Positions 25,087 through 35,585 of a stretch of 64,000 nt of DNA are shown here, one piece after another. The stretch is from Macrostomum lignano. Lineage: Eukaryota. Below the pieces are notes generated by a model. The model was not told the DNA's origin, searched no databases, and worked only from the letters and a program-made list of their open reading frames with translations. Within the stretch, counting starts at the first letter, position 1. Every line of letters begins with the position of its first letter. The stretch lies in the NCBI GenBank assembly GCA_002269645.1, contig NIVC01002082.1, positions 61,788 to 125,787 of the forward strand, given 5' to 3'. The translations under genes and the position numbers were made by a program.

Positions 25087-28000
25087 CAGCCCGAGTCTCT
25101 TTCTGCCCCTCTCTCACTCTCCCCTCTTCTTCTCTCTCCCTCTCTCCCTCTCTCCATCTCCCTCTCTCCATCTCCCTCTCTCCCTCTCTCCCTCTTTCCC
25201 TCTCTCCCTCTCTCCCTCTCTCCTCTCTCCCTTTCGCCCTCTCTCACTCTCACCCTCTTCTCCTCTATCCCTCTCTCCCTCTCTCCCTCTCCCCTCTTCT
25301 CCTCTCTCCCTCTCTCCCTCTCCTCTCTCCCTCTCCCCTCTTCTCCTCTCTCCCTCTCCCCTCTTCTCCTCTCTCCCTCTCCCCCTCTTCTCCTCTCTCC
25401 CTCTCTCCCTCTTTTCCTCTCTCCCTCTCTCCCTCTCTCCCTCTCCCCCTCTTCTCCGCTCTCCCTCTCTCCCTCTCTCCCTCTTCTCCTCTCTCCCTCT
25501 CTCCCTCTCTCCCTCTCCTCTCTCCCTCTCCCCTCTTCTCCTCTCTCCCTCTCTCCCTCTCTCCCTCTCTCCCTCTCTCCCTCTTCTCCTCTCTCCCTCT
25601 CTCCCTCTCCCCCTCTTCTCCGCTCTCCCTCTCTCCCTCTCTCCCTCTTCTCCTCTCTCCCTCTCTCCCTCTCTCCTCTCCTCTCTCCCTCACCCCCTCT
25701 TCTCCTCTCTCCCTCTCTCCCTCTCTCCCTCTCTCCCTCTTCTCCTCTCTCCCTCTCTCCCTGTCTCCCTCTCCCTCTCCCCCTCTTCTCCTCTCTCCCT
25801 CTCTCCCTCTCTCCCTCTTCTCCTCTCTCCCTCTCCCCCTCTTCTCCGCTCTCCCTCTCTCCCTCTCTCCCTCTTCTCCTCTCTCCCTCTCTCCCTCTCC
25901 CCTCTTCTCCTCTCTCCCTCTCCCTCTTCTCCTCTCTCCTCTCCCCCTCTTCTCCTCTCTCCCTCTCTCCCTCTCTCCCTCTCTCCCTCTTCTCCTCTCT
26001 CCCTCTCTCCCTGTCTCCCTCTCCCTCTCCCCTCTTCTCCTCTCTCCCTCTCTCCCTCTCTCCCTCTTCTCCTCTCTCCTCTCCCCCTCTTCTCCGCTCT
26101 CCCTCTCTCCCTCTCTCCCTCTTCTCCTCTCTCCCTCTCTCCCTCTCCCCTCTTCTCATCTCTCCCTCTCCCCTCTTCTCCTCTCTCCCTCTCCCCCTCT
26201 TCTCCTCTCTCCCTCTCTCCCTCTTTCCCTCTCTCCCTCTCTCCCTCTTTCCCTCTCTCCCTTTCTCCCTCTCTCCCTCTCCCCCTCTTCTTCGCTCTCC
26301 TTCTCTCCCTCTCTCCCTCTTCTCCTCTCTCCCTCTCTCCCTCTCTCCCTCTCCTCTCTCCCTCTCCCCCTCTTCTCCTCTCTCCCTCTCTCCCTCTCTC
26401 CCTCTCTCCCTCTTCTCCTCTCTCCCTCTCTTCCTCTCTCCCTCTCTCCCTCTTCTCCTCTCTCCCTCTCCCCCTCTTCTCCGCTCTCCCTCTCTCCCTC
26501 TCTCCCTCTTCTCCTCTCTCCCTCTCTCCCTCTCCCCTCTTCTCCTCTCTCCCTCTCTCCCTCTCTCCCTCTTCTCCTCTCTCCCTCTCCCCCTCTTCTC
26601 CGCTCTCCCTCTCTCCCTCTCCCCTCTTCTCCTCTCTCCCTCTCCCCCTCTTCTCCTCTCTCCCTCTCTCCCTCTTTCTTTCTCTCCCTCTTTCCCTCTC
26701 TCCCTCTCTCTCTCTCTCCCTCTCCCCCTCTTCTTCGCTCTCCCTCTCTCCCTCTCTCCCTCTTCTCCTCTCTCCCTCTCTCCCTCTCTCCCTCTCCTCT
26801 CTCCCTCTCCCCCTCTTCTCCTCTCTCCCTCTCTCCCTCTCTCCCTCTCTCCCTCTTCTCCTCTCTCCCTCTCTCCCTCTCTCTCTCTCCTCTTCTCCTC
26901 TCTCCCTCTCCCCTCTTCTCCGCTCTCCCTCTCTCCCTCTCTCTCCTCTCTCCCTCTCTCCCTCTCCCCTCTTCTCCTCTCTCCCTCTCCCCTCTTCTCC
27001 TCTCTCCCTCTCCCCCTCTTCTCCTCTCTCCCTCTCTCCCTCTCTCCCTCTCTCCCTCTTCTCCTCTCTCCCTCTCTCCCTGTCTCCCTCTCCCTCTCCC
27101 CCTCTTCTCCTCTCTCCCTCTCTCCCTCTCCCCTCTTCTCCTCTCTCCCTCTCCCCTCTTCTCCTCTCTCCCTCTCCCCTCTTCTCCTCTCCCTTTCTCC
27201 CTCTCTCCCTCTCTCCCTCTCCTCTCTCCCTCTCCCCCTCTTCTCCTCTCTCCCTCTCTCCCTCTCTCCCTCTCTCCCTCTCTCCCTCTTCTCCTCTCTC
27301 CCTCTCCCCCTCTTCTCCTCTCTCCCTCTCTCCCTCTTTCCCTCTCTCCCTCTTTCCCTCTCTCCCTCTCTCTCTCTCTCCCTCTCCCCCTCTTCTTCGC
27401 TCTCCCTCTCTCCCTCTCTCCCTCTTCTCCTCTCTCCCTCTCTCCCTCTCTCCCTCTCCTCTCTCCCTCTCCCCCTCTTCTCCTCTCTCCCTCTCTCCCT
27501 CTCTCCCTCTCTCCCTCTTCTCCTCTCTCCCTCTCTCCCTCTCTCCCTCTCTCCCTCTTCTCCTCTCTCCCTCTCCCCCTCTTCTCCGCTCTCCCTCTCT
27601 CCCTCTCTCCCTCTTCTCCTCTCTCCCTCTCTCCTCTCCCTCTTCTCCTCTCTCCCTCTCCCCTCTTCTCCTCTCTCCCTCTCCCCCTCTTCTCCTCTCT
27701 CCCTCTCTCCCTCTCTCCCTCTCTCCCTCTTCTCCTCTCTCCCTCTCTCCCTGTCTCCCTCTCCCTCTCCCCCTCTTCTCCTCTCTCCCTCTCTCCCTCT
27801 CCCCTCTTCTCCTCTCTCCCTCTCCCCTCTTCTCCTCTCTCCCTCTCCCCCTCTTCTCCTCTCCCTTTCTCCCTCTCTCCCTCTCTCCCTCTCCTCTCTC
27901 CCTCTCCCCCTCTTCTCCTCTCTCCCTCTCTCCCTCTCTCCCTCTCTCCCTCTCTCCCTCTTCTCCTCTCCCATCTGTCCCTCTTCTCGGCCCTACCCTC

Positions 28001-29020
28001 TCCCATTGCCCCTCTCCCCCTCTTCTCCTCTCTCCCTCTCTCCCTCTCTCCCTCTCTCCCTCTCCCCTCTTCTCCTCTCTCCCTCTCCCCCTCTTCTCCT
28101 CTCTCCCTCTCTCCCTCTTTCCCTCTCTCCCTCTTTCCCTCTCTCCCTCTCTCTCTCTCTCCCTCTCCCCCTCTTCTTCGCTCTCCCTCTCTCCTCTCTC
28201 CCTCTTCTCCTCTCTCCCTCTCTCCCTCTCTCCCTCTCCTCTCTCCCTCTCCCCTCTTCTCCTCTCTCCCTCTCTCCCTCTCTCCCTCTCTCCCTCTTCT
28301 CCTCTCTCCCTCTCTCCCTCTCTCCCTCTCTCCCTCTTCTCCTCTCTCCCTCTCCCCCTCTTCTCCGCTCTCCCTCTCTCCCTCTCTCCCTCTTCTCCTC
28401 TCTCCCTCTCTCCCTCTCCCCTCTTCTCCTCTCTCCCTCTCCCCTCTTCTCCTCTCTCCCTCTCCCCCTCTTCTCCTCTCTCCCTCTCTCCCTCTCTCCC
28501 TCTCTCCCTCTTCTCCTCTCTCCCTCTCTCCCTGTCTCCCTCTCCCTCTCCCCCTCTTCTCCTCTCTCCCTCTCTCCCTCTCCCCTCTTCTCCTCTCTCC
28601 CTCTCCCCTCTTCTCCTCTCTCCCTCTCCCCCTCTTCTCCTCTCCCTTTCTCCCTCTCTCCCTCTCTCCCTCTCCTCTCTCCCTCTCCCCCTCTTCTCCT
28701 CTCTCCCTCTCTCCCTCTCTCCCTCTCTCCCTCTCTCCCTCTTCTCCTCTCCCATCTGTCCCTCTTCTCGGCCCTACCCTCTCCCATTGCCCCTCTCCCC
28801 TCTCTCCCTCTCTCCCTCTCCTCTCTCCCTCTCTCCCTCTTCTCCTCTCTCCCTCTCTCCCTCTCTCCCTCTTCTCCTCTCCCCTCTGTCCCTCTCTCCT
28901 CTCTCCCTTTCGCCCTCTCTCACTCTCACCCTCTTCTCCTCTCTCCCTCTCTCCCTCTCTCCCTCTCTCCCTCTTCTCCTCTCCCCTCTGTCCCTCTTTC
29001 CCTCTCCCCCTCTTCTCCTC
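25087..29020. repeat. ~3.9-kb polypyrimidine (CT-rich) tract; resumes at 33185-33330 after the LINE
   Basis: Nearly pure C/T strand. Marker tgtccctcttctcggccctaccctctcccattgccc occurs at ~27976, ~28756 and ~33222. Confidence 0.97.
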
Positions 29021-29541
29021 TGCACGCGAAGGCGTATTCAGCATGCCAGTGAAGTATGAGACAGACTAGGCCCATGGGCTAAGGTCTGCGATGCTTCACG
29101 CCTGCCCCTATCTTCAGCAGGTCAAGGCTGGTGGGAGGTCTGCACCCTCTATTTGCCTCTGGCAGCCGCAGACCCCCCCCCCCACGCTGTCTCGCAAGTC
29201 GACCCAGGGTACTCGTCCCCGCGTGTGTTCAAGGCAGTCCCTAGGGCTGCTGGACAGACTGGGCTCCGGCGCTGGCGACCCTATCCAGTGGCTTCGGCCG
29301 AATTTGGGTATGCGGGTCTGGCTCGCCAACCTGCAGGCCGTGGTACTGCTCAACGTACTCTCTAATGCCTAAGGTGTTGACCGTGCCGATGGGCTGGAAG
29401 GCCGGGGAGTAGTCCGGTCGCAAGCGGTCCCCCTCCTGGTGTCGGGCCAGCCTTGAGGGTGCTATTGGCCTACTGCCCGGTCAGGTGGAGCGGCCGGGTG
29501 GGTACCGCGCCCCTTTGAGGGTAGCCCACCAACCTTTTATC

Positions 29542-31060
29542 ATGGCCTTCGAGCCGTCTATGGATAATCAAGCTAACTCTAGGGACGGGGACCCTTCTAA
29601 ACCCCAACCTCAGTCCGAAGGACCGGCCGGCCCTGCTGGCAGATCCCAACCGACTGATTCAACTGTGGCAAAGGAAGGACCGGCTGGCTCTGCTGGCAGA
29701 TCCGACCAGAGCTACCAAACTCAAAATACCCAAAGACCTGCCAGCTCCGCTGGTGGATCTAAGGGAACCGCGAGCTCTGAGCCTAAAGGACCGGCCAAAT
29801 CTGGCAGATCCGATGAAGCTCAGCGGGCTCGGCTTGAGCGCAAACGCGCTAAACAACGCGCCAAAAGGCAGGCCAAGAAGGGAGCTGCGGGGGCCAAAGC
29901 GGCGGCGTCCACCATGGATGCTGAAGCGACTGGAGTCCCAAGGCAACCAGGCGGGCCGGCCGGTGGAAGCTCCAGTAGTTCAGCGGCGGCGCTCCCTGGA
30001 GCTGCTGCCGCGGCTGCTGAGGCCGAAACCACGGCGCAACAAATGGCCACTGCCAACAAGGAGGTTCCTTCGGGAGCTACCTTTGCGGCGAAGGCCAAGG
30101 CCAAAATCCCGGGAGTGATCATCCAAGGTCGCGACCAGGACTGGACCACTGATCAGCTTCAAAAAGTGTGGAGTGCTGTTGACTCCTATCTGATTGAGCT
30201 GACTGTCGAGGAGGGAATCTCCATCGGCATTGAGCGGATGGTGCTGCGAAGCACATTCGTTCTTATTGCTCCTAGCAGCGAGGAGGACGCTCGGCGGCTG
30301 CTCCAGCGGCTACCGACGGTCTCCTTGGATGCTGACCTTGGCGGAGCTCTTTTTCTTCGCGAGGGCCAGCGTCCAAAGACGATACCCTATGTGGTTTTCG
30401 TCCCTGCTAACAGCACCGCAGCTGGACCAGACGTTATTCGCCGGGTCCTACTGCGTCTGAACCCCGACCTCCCTGCTAGTGGACTGGTGTATCACCGCAA
30501 AGTCCGCAGGGGGGAGACGGGCAACTCAATTGTCCTCGGCCTTTCCAGCACCGGCGAGTCGGTACCCTAATGGATCCTCTTTCCAGCTGGGTGCCCTCAA
30601 GCTCAAGATGCGCCGAGGAAAGTCTGCCAAAGGGAAGGCTACTGCCAACCCCGGCATCTCCGGCAAGAGCGGGGCGCAGTCTAAGGCCCAAGGAAAGGCG
30701 CAAGCCGATCCCAAAGCCAAAGCTGCATCTCGCCCCTCTGCTAGCAGCAGTTCGGCGACCGCGGTAACGGCTCCGGCCAAGCCCCGGGAACCAAACCTGC
30801 CAGTCGGAGAAGGAGTTGAGGACGAGGCCGGGTCTTCGGAATCCGAGCTCTCCTCGGCCACCTTGGTGGGGTCTGAAGGTAAAGATGCAGGTGAGGAAGC
30901 TTCCTCCATCCTGTCATCGGAGCCTGAGGACTCTGCTGGGGGGCCGGTGGGGGTGAGGAGGCCATGGACGTCGACCAACTCCCATCTCCCAGTCAAGCCC
31001 CAGCGGCCTGGGACGAGGACGATCTGTTGTCCAAGTCTCCTTGATGGCCCTGGGCTCTAG
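29542..31060 (+). CDS. LINE ORF1 (Ala/Ser-rich; central domain resembling DUF4780-type LOA ORF1), split by a frameshift near 30560
   Basis: ATG 29542; LLRLNPDLPASGLVYHRKV...SIVLGL, continuing in the next frame with FQLGALKLK (ORF 30479-31060). Confidence 0.65.
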
Positions 31061-31083
31061 CCAGAAATTGCATTTAATACAGT

Positions 31084-33092
31084 ATGACTAAGCTCCACGC
31101 TGCCAAAGGAGCGACATTCTGTCTGCAAATTAATTTACAGCATTGCGTATCTGCGTCAGTAAATCTGATGAAGATTGCTGAGCTGTACAGGCCAGGCCTC
31201 ATCCTGATCCAGGAACCCTGGATGCGCAACGGTAAGTTGCCCAACATTCCCTCTGGCTACTCTGATTTTTATGTGTGTGGCCCGGGGAACAGCCGCCCTA
31301 GAGCGGCTATCCTCGCTGCTAGCCATCTCCAAGCTTGGCTGAGGACTGATCTCTCTGATGGAGACCTTTGTGTCATCCAATCTAATCATTTCTCTCCGCG
31401 TACGTGTCTTGTTGCCTCGGTTTATATCCCAGGCGACAGAGACCCTGCTCCTGAGAGTTTACTGCGCCTCGCGCAGTACTGCGAGTCCCAGAACGCTGAG
31501 CTGTGCTTAGGGGGCGACCTCAACGCGCACCACAAGCACTGGGGCAGCAAAGATACCAACACTAGAGGAGAGGAGCTTCTGGCCCTCATCTCTAACACAA
31601 ACCTCATGCTCTGCAACCGCGGCAGCACTCCTACCTTTAATAATGGCAGATGGACCGAGGTCCTCGACGCCACACTCGTTACCCCAAGACTCTTTGACAG
31701 AGTTGAGGAGTGGAGAGTCTGGTCTGAGGAGCCCTCCCTGTCTGACCACTGCTTTATCGCCTTTAACATCGCGGACACTAAAACCCAGTCTCCGATCACT
31801 TGGAGACGCAATATCCGCAACACTGATTGGGCGGCCTACAAGGCTGCCCTTGATCTGCACCTGCAGGAACTCACGGACTTACGTCCGATTGAGACCTGCG
31901 AGGATGTGGATCATATGGCTGAGACGCTGACAGGTTGCATTATTGAAGCCTACGAAGCGGCTTGTCCTGCTCGCGCCTACAAAGGCAAGACCTCGGCGCT
32001 GTGGTGGAACCCGGAGCTGGGGAAACTCAGGCGGAAGGCCAAAAGCCTTCATCGCCGTGCCATGAAGACCGGAAACCCGGAGGACATGGAGCTTTTCCGG
32101 CAAGCCTCCCGCAATTTCAAATCTGAAGTGCGCAAGGCCAAGGAATGTAAGTGGCGCCAATTCTGCAATGAATTGGATCAAGACAGACCTACTTCTAGGC
32201 TTGTCAAGGCCCTTACAATGGACAAAATGTCCAAATTAGCCATGATCAAAAAAGATGATGGCTCTCTTACTAAAGACCCTGAAGAAGTGCTTCAGCATAT
32301 GCTTAGCACATTCTTCCCGAGGGTACCTACTGCTAGACCGGAGCCCAACCATTCGATGGATGGAGCCACCCTAGCGGCGGGCATTGTCACTGAAGACCTA
32401 ATCGCTCGTGCGGTCAGAACCTTCAAACCCTTCAAATCTCCTGGACCTGATGGTATCTACCCTGTTCTCCTTCGTGAAGCAGCCAAGATACCCTCGTTCC
32501 TGAGACTCACCCGCAATCTCATGCGGGCCTCTATCCAGCTGGGATACGTTCCCAAATGCTGGACTGAAGCTCGGGTAGTCTTTATTCCCAAACCTGGGAA
32601 GGGTGACTACCAAAGCGTCAAGGCCTTCCGGCCTATTAGCTTAACGTCAGCAATGCTTAAGCTCACTGAGAGGCTTATTCTCTGGCGGCTGCTGTCCTGC
32701 GAGCTGACAGCGATGCCCCTCAGCAATAATCAGCACGCCTTCCGCACCGGGAGGTCGACTGACAGCGCCCTGCATGCGATTGTCGAGAAGATTGAAAGGG
32801 CGGTACTGGGTGACGGTTACGCTCTGGCTCTCTTTCTTGACATTGTTGGCGCCTTCGACAACGTTATCTTTGAAGCGTTTCAGAGGGCCCTTCAAAATCG
32901 CAAAGCTCATGCTACCTCACTTACCTCGGGCCACACACATCTATTACTGAAGCGTGCAAACCCGAAAACTTTAATCAGCTCATGCGCTACCTTCGGGCCA
33001 CCCGCAGGGCTGAACTCTCCTTTCCAGAGAGCACCATAGCTGCTGGCGACACTGGGGGACCTCCCTGGGCGGCGCCAACCCTCCGTCCATAG
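31084..33092 (+). pseudogene. LINE ORF2: APE endonuclease plus N-terminal RT, deletion at ~32905, C-terminal tail retained in another frame
   Basis: QINLQH, LIQEPW, GGDLNAHH..WGS, SDHC (APE); WWNPEL, KSPGPDGIYP, FRPISLTS, QHAFRTGRST, LFLDIVGAFDNV (RT). No YADD. From 32907: CYLTYLGP...NFNQLMRYLRAT...RP* (stop 33092). Confidence 0.88.
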
Positions 33093-33744
33093 CGACGCGT
33101 CGGCCGTTCAGGGACTAGCGGAATGGGCGCCCGCGCCTTCCCGCTGTGTCCCCTCCGGGACAGCCCTGCAGCTAAGTCAAAGTCTCCCTCTCTCCCTCTC
33201 TCCCTCTTCTCCTCTCCCCTCTGTCCCTCTTCTCGGCCCTACCCTCTCCCATTGCCCCTCTCCCCTCTCTCCCTCTTCCCCATTCTGTCCCTCATCGCTC
33301 AGCCGCTCTCTCCCACTCTCACCCATCTCCTATTTCTTTCTTCCAATTTCTGCACCTTCCTCTATTCTCCAACGCCTCTCTCCTTTCCCAGTTCAATCCG
33401 ATTAAAAAACTGTCAGTCTGGTTTTCCCCTTCGTTTAGTCGAGCGCCTCATCGATTGAAGGCCCAAAGGTCCGGATAGCGAGCCGGAAAGCAAACAGAGC
33501 TAATATAGGCAATCATCTTTTTAGCCTGACCGTGAGATTAAAATTGTATCTAGGCTTCGATTGTGCTTGAGTCCATAGCTAGTCCATAGACACACAAGAA
33601 TTGAAGACTGCGCGAGGAGAAAGAAGAGTAGGGGAAGGAAGAGTCGGAATAGAGGGGAGGAATTCAACAAAAAATTTATGCTCACGAAAATACCTTTCTT
33701 CTCTTCATAATGATTGTAGTTTATCAATAAGATTGTAAAGATTC

Positions 33745-34880
33745 TCTAATCAAATTGGTAAGTAGACTATACCGACATGTATCGATCTCATTATAAACTA
33801 GACTATACCGACATGTATCGATCTGATTATAAGATCGACTACACCGATATGCATCAATCCGATTATAAGCTAGACTACACCGATATGTATCGACCTGATT
33901 ATAAGCTAGACTACACCGATATGCATCGATCCGATTGTAAATACAGACAAAACCGACATGTATCGATCCAAATATATGATAGACTGCACCGATATGCATC
34001 GATCCGATTATAAACTAGACTACACTGATATGTATCGATCAGATTGTAAATACAGACTACACTGATATGTATCGATCAGATTGTAAATACAGACTACAAC
34101 GATATGTATCGATCCAAATATATGATAGACTGCACCGATATGTATCGATCCGATTAGAAACTAGACTACACTGATATGTATCGATCCAAATATATGATAG
34201 ACTGCACCGATATGTATCGATCCGATTATAAACTAGACTACACCGATATGTATCGATCAGATTGTAAATACAGACTACACCGATAGGTATCGATCCGATT
34301 ATAAATACAGACTACACCGATATGTATCAATCAGATTGTGAATACAGACTACACCGATATGTATCGATCCGATTGTAAATACAGACTACACCGATATGTA
34401 TCGATCAGATTGTAAATACAGACTACACCGATGTGTATCGATCAGATTGTAAATACAGACTACACCAATGTGTATCGATCAGATTGTAAATACAGACTAC
34501 ATCGATATGCATCGATCAGATTGTAAATACAGACTACACCGATATGTATCGATCCAATTATATAATAGACTGCACCGATATGTATCGATCCGATTATAAA
34601 CTAGACTACACCGATATGTATCGATCAGATTGTAAATACAAACTACACCGATATGTATCGATCAGATTGTAAATACAAACTACACCGATATGTATCGATC
34701 AGATTGTAAATACAGACTACACCGATATGCATCGATCCGATTGTAAATACAGACTACACCGACATGTATCGATCAGATTGTAAATACAGACTACACCGAT
34801 ATGTATCGATCAGATTGTAAATACAGACTACACCGATATGTATCGATCAGATTGTAAATACAGACTAAACCGATATGTAT
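33745..34880. repeat. 37-bp minisatellite (gactacaccgatatgtatcgatcagattgtaaataca)
   Basis: About 30 copies with variant units. Confidence 0.95.
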
Positions 34881-35384
34881 CGAACAGCTACTAACCAAAC
34901 TGCACAATTTCTTCTCTTGAGAAGGATGAAATATTTATGAAAATTCTATCAAAAAATGATGAGATTAAAACTGAGATGCCCTGCTGTCCAGCTCAAAGAC
35001 AGCCAGATTAAAGGTGTAAATTGATAAATTGCATTTCAAAATAATTTGCGCGCTAATCTCGTCGCAAAGTAACCCATTGGGCTTTTTCGATTTTCACCAA
35101 GCAGATTAACGTCAGACAAGAAGCTGATTTTGAGCCGGGCATGCAGGTAGAGAAAAGACGACTCAAATTCATTTGGGATGTCAAAGAAAATTTCTCTCGA
35201 GTTTCAACATAATCCCCTTTGCGTGACTGCATCTGCTCTGGGCCTGCAGCCTGTTTAGGAGATGGCTTACATGTACGAGTGTACTTTTCATTCACCTACG
35301 CGTAACTTTCATATCAGAGATTTTGATATACGTACGTTTCAGCCCCAGCCCCCATTTATAATGTTCAGCAGCACCCACCCCATT

Positions 35385-35417
35385 TATTTAAAATTATTGC
35401 AATATATAGTTATCAGT
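35385..35417 (+). promoter_or_regulatory. Candidate LTR core promoter: TATA-like TATTTAAAA plus Inr TCAGT
   Basis: TATTTAAAA at 35385 lies 30 nt upstream of the A of TCAGT (35415), which is canonical spacing. Confidence 0.4.
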
Positions 35418-35466
35418 CTCTCCAGAGAGAGTGCGCTTGCTGGTTGTTTTGTTCGGTTGGCTAGTA

Positions 35467-35510
35467 GCCGAAAAATAGTCGCTTACTGCGAAGACTCAAT
35501 TTATTGAATG
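35467..35510 (+). other. Spliced-leader (SL) exon-like sequence embedded in the 5' LTR
   Basis: 35476-35510 TAGTCGCTTACTGCGAAGACTCAATTTATTGAATG versus the recalled M. lignano SL CGGTCTCTTACTGCGAAGACTCAATTTATTGCATG: 31/35 identical, 25 contiguous, terminal ATG kept. Confidence 0.85.
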
Positions 35511-35525
35511 AACCATCAAAACATC

Positions 35526-35543
35526 TGGTAGCAGAGCGTGGTT
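35526..35543 (+). promoter_or_regulatory. Primer-binding site complementary to initiator tRNA-Met
   Basis: TGGTAGCAGAGCGTGGTT, 2 nt after the LTR end; fits the animal tRNAi-Met 3' end (...CTCTGCTACCA). Confidence 0.85.
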
Positions 35544-35585
35544 CTACTTGTGGTTCTACTTGTGGTTCTACTTCATTGGTAAAAA

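Larger units (their letters stand above)
29021..33184 (+). mobile_element. Non-LTR retrotransposon, LOA/R1-like, internally deleted
   Basis: ~520-bp 5'UTR, ORF1, APE-RT ORF2, 3'UTR ending taagtcaaagtc; CT repeat on both sides. Confidence 0.9.
35252..35523 (+). repeat. 5' LTR of the BEL/Pao element (contains SL-like sequence)
   Basis: TGTTTAGGAG...CATCAAAACA, duplicated at +4520. Confidence 0.97.

Noticed and set aside
24981-29059. ORFs of about 1000-1300 aa (LSPSLP / ERGREG)
   Set aside because: Stop-free translation of the CT tract; no evidence of coding.
29245-29460. HDV-like (GCTGGAC...ATCCAGT GG..CGAA) and twister-like (CCGGTCGCAAGC) ribozyme fits
   Set aside because: P2/P3 (HDV) and T1/L1 (twister) pairings could not be completed by hand; kept only as a low-interest check.
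35467-35560. A genuine SL RNA gene
   Set aside because: No GT donor after the ATG, no Sm-binding U-tract or SL intron stems, and the sequence is part of a TSD-flanked LTR pair.
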